From Thermoproteaceae archaeon (GTDB lineage: Archaea; Thermoproteota; Thermoprotei; Thermoproteales; Thermoproteaceae): DNA of 15,773 nucleotides. Shown in pieces: positions 11,776 through 15,773 of the stretch; position 1 is the first letter of the stretch, and each line of letters opens with the position of its first letter. The notes under the pieces were generated by a model, which saw nothing but the letters and a program-made list of their open reading frames with translations, did not search any database and had not been told where the DNA came from. Both the position numbers and the translations under genes were made by a program. The stretch lies in assembly GCA_020833025.1 (NCBI GenBank), contig JAJHRB010000037.1:1-15773 (forward strand), read 5' to 3'.

Positions 11776-13002
11776 GTGATAACCGGCGAAATCATAAATC
11801 GCGTAGCAAGTTTTGATAAATGCCTCAAGAGGGGCAGGGTAGTATTCACAAGAGTCGACATAAACTCGCCCATCTCTGGCGGCAAGATCGCCGACGAGTT
11901 CAGAATAAGAGCGCATGCGCAGACGCTCCGCGCGGCGTCTGACGCCGGCGCTAGAGTCGTCGTGCTCGCGCACCAAGGAAGGCCCGGGCAGGACGACTTC
12001 ACATCGCTGGAGCTCCACAAGCCGTACCTTGAGAAGTACATGGGCAGGCCCATCAAGTTTGTCGACGACATAATAGGCCCCGAGGCCAGGCGCCAGATAA
12101 AGGAGCTGGGCGACGGGGAGGTACTGCTGCTCGAGAACGTGAGAGCCCTCTCAGAGGAGCTCGTAGAGAGAGTGCCTGAGGCGCAAGCCAAGACAATGCT
12201 CGTCCGCAAGCTGGCCCCCCTCGGGAACTACTTTGTCTTTGACGGCTTTGCTGTGGCTCACCGGTCGCAGCCTAGCGTCGTCGGCTTTCCCGTCGTGATG
12301 CCGTCATGCATGGGGCCGGTATTCGAGAGAGAGCTGAGGGCATTAAGCGCGGTCTTCGAGCGGCGCGGGCGCGGCACGCTGCTCATTGCAGGCGGCGCGA
12401 AGATACCGGAGACTTTCAAGGCGATAGAGAGGCTGCTTGCCGCAGATTTCGTTGAGAGAGCCGCAGTCGGGGGCCTCGTCGGTATCGTGTTCGCGGCGGC
12501 CAAATATGCCATTAGCGGGGCTCTGAAACAAGAGCTCGAGAGGCTGGGCGTGCTGCCTCACGTAGAGAGGGCAAAACAGCTCCTGGAGAAGTACAAGGAC
12601 AGAATCCACGTTCCCCTGGACTTCGCAATAGACCACAACGGAAGGATAGAGGTGGACGTTCACTCGCTTGCCAAGGCACCACTAGACGTGGGCAGAGCCA
12701 CTATTATTCACTACAAGGAGCTGATAGGCGAGAGCGAGATTGTGATTTTCAGCGGGCCGATGGGATACATTGAGGACGAGAGATTCGCCACGGGCACTAT
12801 TGAGCTAATTAGGGCAGCCGCCGCCAGGCGCCTTATAATCGGGGGCGGGCACACAATAATGTCGGCAGAGAGGGCAGGCGTGATGGACAGGGCGTATCAC
12901 ATATCAACCGGCGGGCGCGCGTTCATTCAGATAATTGGCGGCGAGGAGATACCGGCACTCAGGGCGCTGTTGCTGTCGGCGGAGAAGTTCTGGAGACAGT
13001 AG
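11776..13002 (+). CDS. pgk: Phosphoglycerate kinase
   Basis: RVDINSP, LAHQGRPG, LLENVR, DGFAVAHRSQPS, GGAK, GPMG, GGGHT and HISTGG. TATA TTTTTAGC 27 nt upstream. Confidence 0.97.
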   Translation: MITGEIINRVASFDKCLKRGRVVFTRVDINSPISGGKIADEFRIRAHAQTLRAASDAGARVVVLAHQGRPGQDDFTSLELHKPYLEKYMGRPIKFVDDIIGPEARRQIKELGDGEVLLLENVRALSEELVERVPEAQAKTMLVRKLAPLGNYFVFDGFAVAHRSQPSVVGFPVVMPSCMGPVFERELRALSAVFERRGRGTLLIAGGAKIPETFKAIERLLAADFVERAAVGGLVGIVFAAAKYAISGALKQELERLGVLPHVERAKQLLEKYKDRIHVPLDFAIDHNGRIEVDVHSLAKAPLDVGRATIIHYKELIGESEIVIFSGPMGYIEDERFATGTIELIRAAAARRLIIGGGHTIMSAERAGVMDRAYHISTGGRAFIQIIGGEEIPALRALLLSAEKFWRQ

Positions 13003-13134
13003 GGGTTCAATGTCTGGGGCGAGTGCGGACAGCTCCGCCGTCCCGCTCCTCACATTCCACAGATCCTCGGCGCCGGTAGACGCTGCCGGGAGTGCGCGAG
13101 TCAGGTTTTATTATCCGCCCCGGCCCTCGCTGCA

Positions 13135-14145
13135 GTGCGCGTTTACTTCTCGCAGCTGTTCAAGGAGCACAGACCGCCGCGGAGGCACCCCGAGGCCCCT
13201 GACAGACTTGACTACCTGCTGGAGGGGGCCCGCGAGGCGGGCGCCGAGATTGTCGAGCCGCAGGCGAGGGAGGACGCGTGGCGCCTCATTGAGCTGGCCC
13301 ACGACAAAAGCTATGTAGAGCTCGTTAGGCGACTCTGCAGGGAGGGGGAGGCGTTCATTGACGGCGACACGTACATCTCGGAGGGGACTTGTGACGCCGC
13401 GGCACTCGCGATCTCAGCTGCTGCCGGCGCCATCGACAAGAGAGAGACGGCGCTGATAGCCACCAGGCCCCCGGGACATCATGCGGGAATTGCCGGCAGG
13501 GCTCTCTCGGCACCGACGCAAGGCTTCTGTATATTCAACACGGCGGCCGTGAGCGCTCTCTACGCCGGGGAGGGCGTTGCGATAGTTGACGTGGACGCCC
13601 ACCACGGCAACGGGACGCAGGAAATACTGTACGAGCGCGACATACTCTACATCTCGACACACCAACACCCCGCAACCCTCTACCCGGGAACCGGCTACCC
13701 CGACGAGATCGGGAGGGACAAGGGTGAGGGCTACAACATAAACATACCGCTGCCGCCCGGCACCGGCGATGACGTGTACGTCAAGGTCATTGACGAGATA
13801 GTAGTGCCAATTCTGAAGCAGTACGGACCGAGAGTCGTGATAATCTCGCTCGGGTGGGACGCGCACAGAGAGGACCCCCTGACCGACATGAACCTGTCCC
13901 TTAACGGGTATCTCTACGTGCTTGATGCGCTCAGGAGGCTCCAGACGCAGACTGTAATACTCCTTGAGGGCGGTTATAATCGCGACGTGATAAGGAGGGG
14001 GACAGGGGCGCTCGTCCGCATGTTTGACAGCGGGGTCTTCGAGCCCCGCGAGGGCAGGACTGAGACGGGCCCCGCCGCGCTGAGGAAGGCCGGCGAGATT
14101 CTGGACGAGGTGAGGCGGGCCGTCTCGCGCTACTGGAAGATCTAG
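13135..14145 (+). CDS. Zn-dependent histone deacetylase family protein (AcuC/AphA-like)
   Basis: [38 protein letters not shown] and LEGGY; catalytic and Zn ligands intact. TATA TTTTATTA 29 nt upstream. Confidence 0.93.
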   Translation: MRVYFSQLFKEHRPPRRHPEAPDRLDYLLEGAREAGAEIVEPQAREDAWRLIELAHDKSYVELVRRLCREGEAFIDGDTYISEGTCDAAALAISAAAGAIDKRETALIATRPPGHHAGIAGRALSAPTQGFCIFNTAAVSALYAGEGVAIVDVDAHHGNGTQEILYERDILYISTHQHPATLYPGTGYPDEIGRDKGEGYNINIPLPPGTGDDVYVKVIDEIVVPILKQYGPRVVIISLGWDAHREDPLTDMNLSLNGYLYVLDALRRLQTQTVILLEGGYNRDVIRRGTGALVRMFDSGVFEPREGRTETGPAALRKAGEILDEVRRAVSRYWKI

Positions 14146-15002
14146 CCGGCAATTTCTGCTAGGACCCTCCTCACCACGGGCCCCACTCTCACCTCGGCGA
14201 ATTCGTTCGGTATCGTGTCGCTGCACACCAGCCTGTCGACGCAGCCCCTCACTCTCTCTCTCGCATCTCCCAGCAGCTGGCAGTGAGTCACGACGGCGTA
14301 AACCTCAGCGGCGCCGAGAAACCTGGCGGCCCTGCACGCGTCGACGAGCGTGCCCCCCGTTGCCAGTATGTCGTCGACTATTGCCACCCTCCTCCCGCGG
14401 AGGTCAAGCTCAGCGCGCGGTGAGAGTGTTATCGCGCCGGTCACTCTGTCCCTATGCTTCTCAAAGTGCGTGTAGGGCACTCCCAGCTCCCTCGCGAGAG
14501 CCTCAGCCCTGCCCGCCGAGCCGAGGTCAGGGCTTATGACGGCGTCCGCGCCAGAAATCCTCTTGGCGAACTCAGAGGCTGGGTACACGTTCTTAACGAC
14601 GACCCGCGGGGCGTAGTCAGCAATGTAAGGCTTGTGGAGGTCAAACGTCACGAGGGCCGAGACCGGGTACCCCGATATCATCCTCAAGAGCGCCTTGGAG
14701 CTTATCGGCTCGCCAGGCCTGAACCTCCTATCTTGCCTCGCGTACGGGAGGTACGGCGCGACCAAGACGACTCGCTGCACGCCCATATCGCTGAGCGCGT
14801 CAAGCACGAGGATCAGCCTCATCACGTTGTCATTGACGCTGGGGTACAGTCTCGCGACGAGAATGACCTCCCGCCCGGCCTCCGGCACGCGGACGAGGAC
14901 CTCGCCGTCGGGAAATACTCTCTCCTCAAGCTGCACGACGCCGCCGAGCTCATGAAGCTCGGCGGCAATGTCCAGCGCGTTGAAGAACGCCAGAACGCGC
15001 AT
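14142..15002 (-). CDS. prs: Ribose-phosphate pyrophosphokinase
   Basis: [43 protein letters not shown], and PRPP motif [11 protein letters not shown]. Confidence 0.96.
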   Translation of the reverse strand: MRVLAFFNALDIAAELHELGGVVQLEERVFPDGEVLVRVPEAGREVILVARLYPSVNDNVMRLILVLDALSDMGVQRVVLVAPYLPYARQDRRFRPGEPISSKALLRMISGYPVSALVTFDLHKPYIADYAPRVVVKNVYPASEFAKRISGADAVISPDLGSAGRAEALARELGVPYTHFEKHRDRVTGAITLSPRAELDLRGRRVAIVDDILATGGTLVDACRAARFLGAAEVYAVVTHCQLLGDARERVRGCVDRLVCSDTIPNEFAEVRVGPVVRRVLAEIAG

Positions 15003-15060
15003 GGAGGGCCCTCCGCGTGAAATTATTACTGTTTCCCGGCGTTGCCCTCCGCTTGCCGTC

Positions 15061-15390
15061 TCAGACCTCCTCGAGCGCGTCCACGAAGCGCCTGTGCCAC
15101 CTCTCGAACTGCTCGGGCGTCGCCACGTGGATCTCGAGCGGCGCGTCGACCTGTTTGTATATCTCAGCCTTCAGGCGCGCTGCCGTTTCTCTGTCCACGC
15201 CGGCAACAACGAATATGTCGATGTCGCTTGCTGCAGTGTAACGCCCCGTCAGCACGGAGCCGAAGACAAAAACCCTCGCACCGCCGACAGTGCCGGCCAC
15301 AATCTCTTTTACCCTCTTCGCGATCTCGCGGTACCTCCCGAGCGCCTCAAGAGCCCTCCTCCCCTCTTCTATGTATATATCAAAGCCCAT
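15061..15390 (-). CDS. Minimal nucleotidyltransferase (MNT), putative antitoxin
   Basis: [10 protein letters not shown] and ASDIDIFVV (GS...DxD); 109 aa; overlaps the HEPN stop by 11 nt. Confidence 0.88.
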   Translation of the reverse strand: MGFDIYIEEGRRALEALGRYREIAKRVKEIVAGTVGGARVFVFGSVLTGRYTAASDIDIFVVAGVDRETAARLKAEIYKQVDAPLEIHVATPEQFERWHRRFVDALEEV

Positions 15391-15757
15391 CGATTATTGG
15401 CTTGAATTTCTCCTTGATATATTTCACCATGGCCTCCACCTCCTCCTTCTCGTACCTCCGGGGGAGGTATCTGGAGCCTATATAGGCGTCCTCTATCTTT
15501 GTCAGCATCACCATGTCCTCAAGCAGCCTCTCGGCGCCTCTTGCCGCCTTGGCGAGCTCTCTGACAAGCCGGACCAGAGAATGAGCGCGCGGGTAGGCGC
15601 CGGTCTTGACCAGCAGCTTGTACTTCAGCACGAGCCGGCAGTACTGCTCAATGTTGAAAGCCGCGAGGTCGTACTCGCCCTCTGCGTATAGCCGCTCGGC
15701 ATTTCTGAGAAACGCCTCCGCCCTGAGCCTGAGGATCTCAGCCTCCTCAAAGCTCAC
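15380..15757 (-). CDS. HEPN domain protein, putative toxin
   Basis: AEAFLRNAERL, YDLAAFNIEQYCRLVLKY, YPRAHSL and YIGSRY; adjacent to the MNT gene. Confidence 0.88.
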   Translation of the reverse strand: MSFEEAEILRLRAEAFLRNAERLYAEGEYDLAAFNIEQYCRLVLKYKLLVKTGAYPRAHSLVRLVRELAKAARGAERLLEDMVMLTKIEDAYIGSRYLPRRYEKEEVEAMVKYIKEKFKPIIDGL

Positions 15758-15773
15758 GCGTCTGGCGCGCTGG

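Noticed and set aside
13005-13056. Minus-strand C/D-like GUGAGGA...CUGU...UUGA after pgk
   Set aside because: All boxes are degenerate and no C' box is present.
1-15773. CRISPR array, IS element, rRNA
   Set aside because: No regularly spaced direct repeats, no transposase motifs or terminal inverted repeats with target duplications, and no extended rRNA sequence.

Overview
GC-rich (~60-65% by eye) hyperthermophilic crenarchaeal chromosome segment, most consistent with Thermoproteaceae (Pyrobaculum/Thermoproteus-like). The assignment is an inference from leaderless genes with TATA boxes 26-29 nt before the start codon, the tRNA-Ala sequence, a DUF2204-type NTase, and rps13-rps4 standing alone without rps11/rpoD. 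Most content is housekeeping: a partial B12-binding radical SAM gene missed by the ORF track, a NikR-like regulator, ribC, argF, a Nudix hydrolase, an orphan metal-binding lipoprotein-like SBP, rps13, rps4, DUF72, thrS, a clan AA protease, an NTase, pgk, an HDAC-family enzyme, prs, and a HEPN-MNT pair. The most interesting content is non-coding and invisible to the ORF track. (1) An SRP RNA gene (~1341-1618) has a minimal Alu domain, a perfect 31-bp helix 5, and a ~42-nt 5' leader. The leader can fold locally or pair with the 3' trailer to form a processing-stem-like helix with a relaxed bulge-helix-bulge motif. (2) Two clean box C/D guide sRNAs lie on the minus strand, each with its own TATA box. 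(3) tRNA-Ala(UGC) has a predicted 5' leader that duplicates its acceptor strand. (4) A candidate H/ACA-like hairpin follows the tRNA. All structures were folded by hand. No database searches were run, and comparisons to known sequences are from memory and flagged as such.
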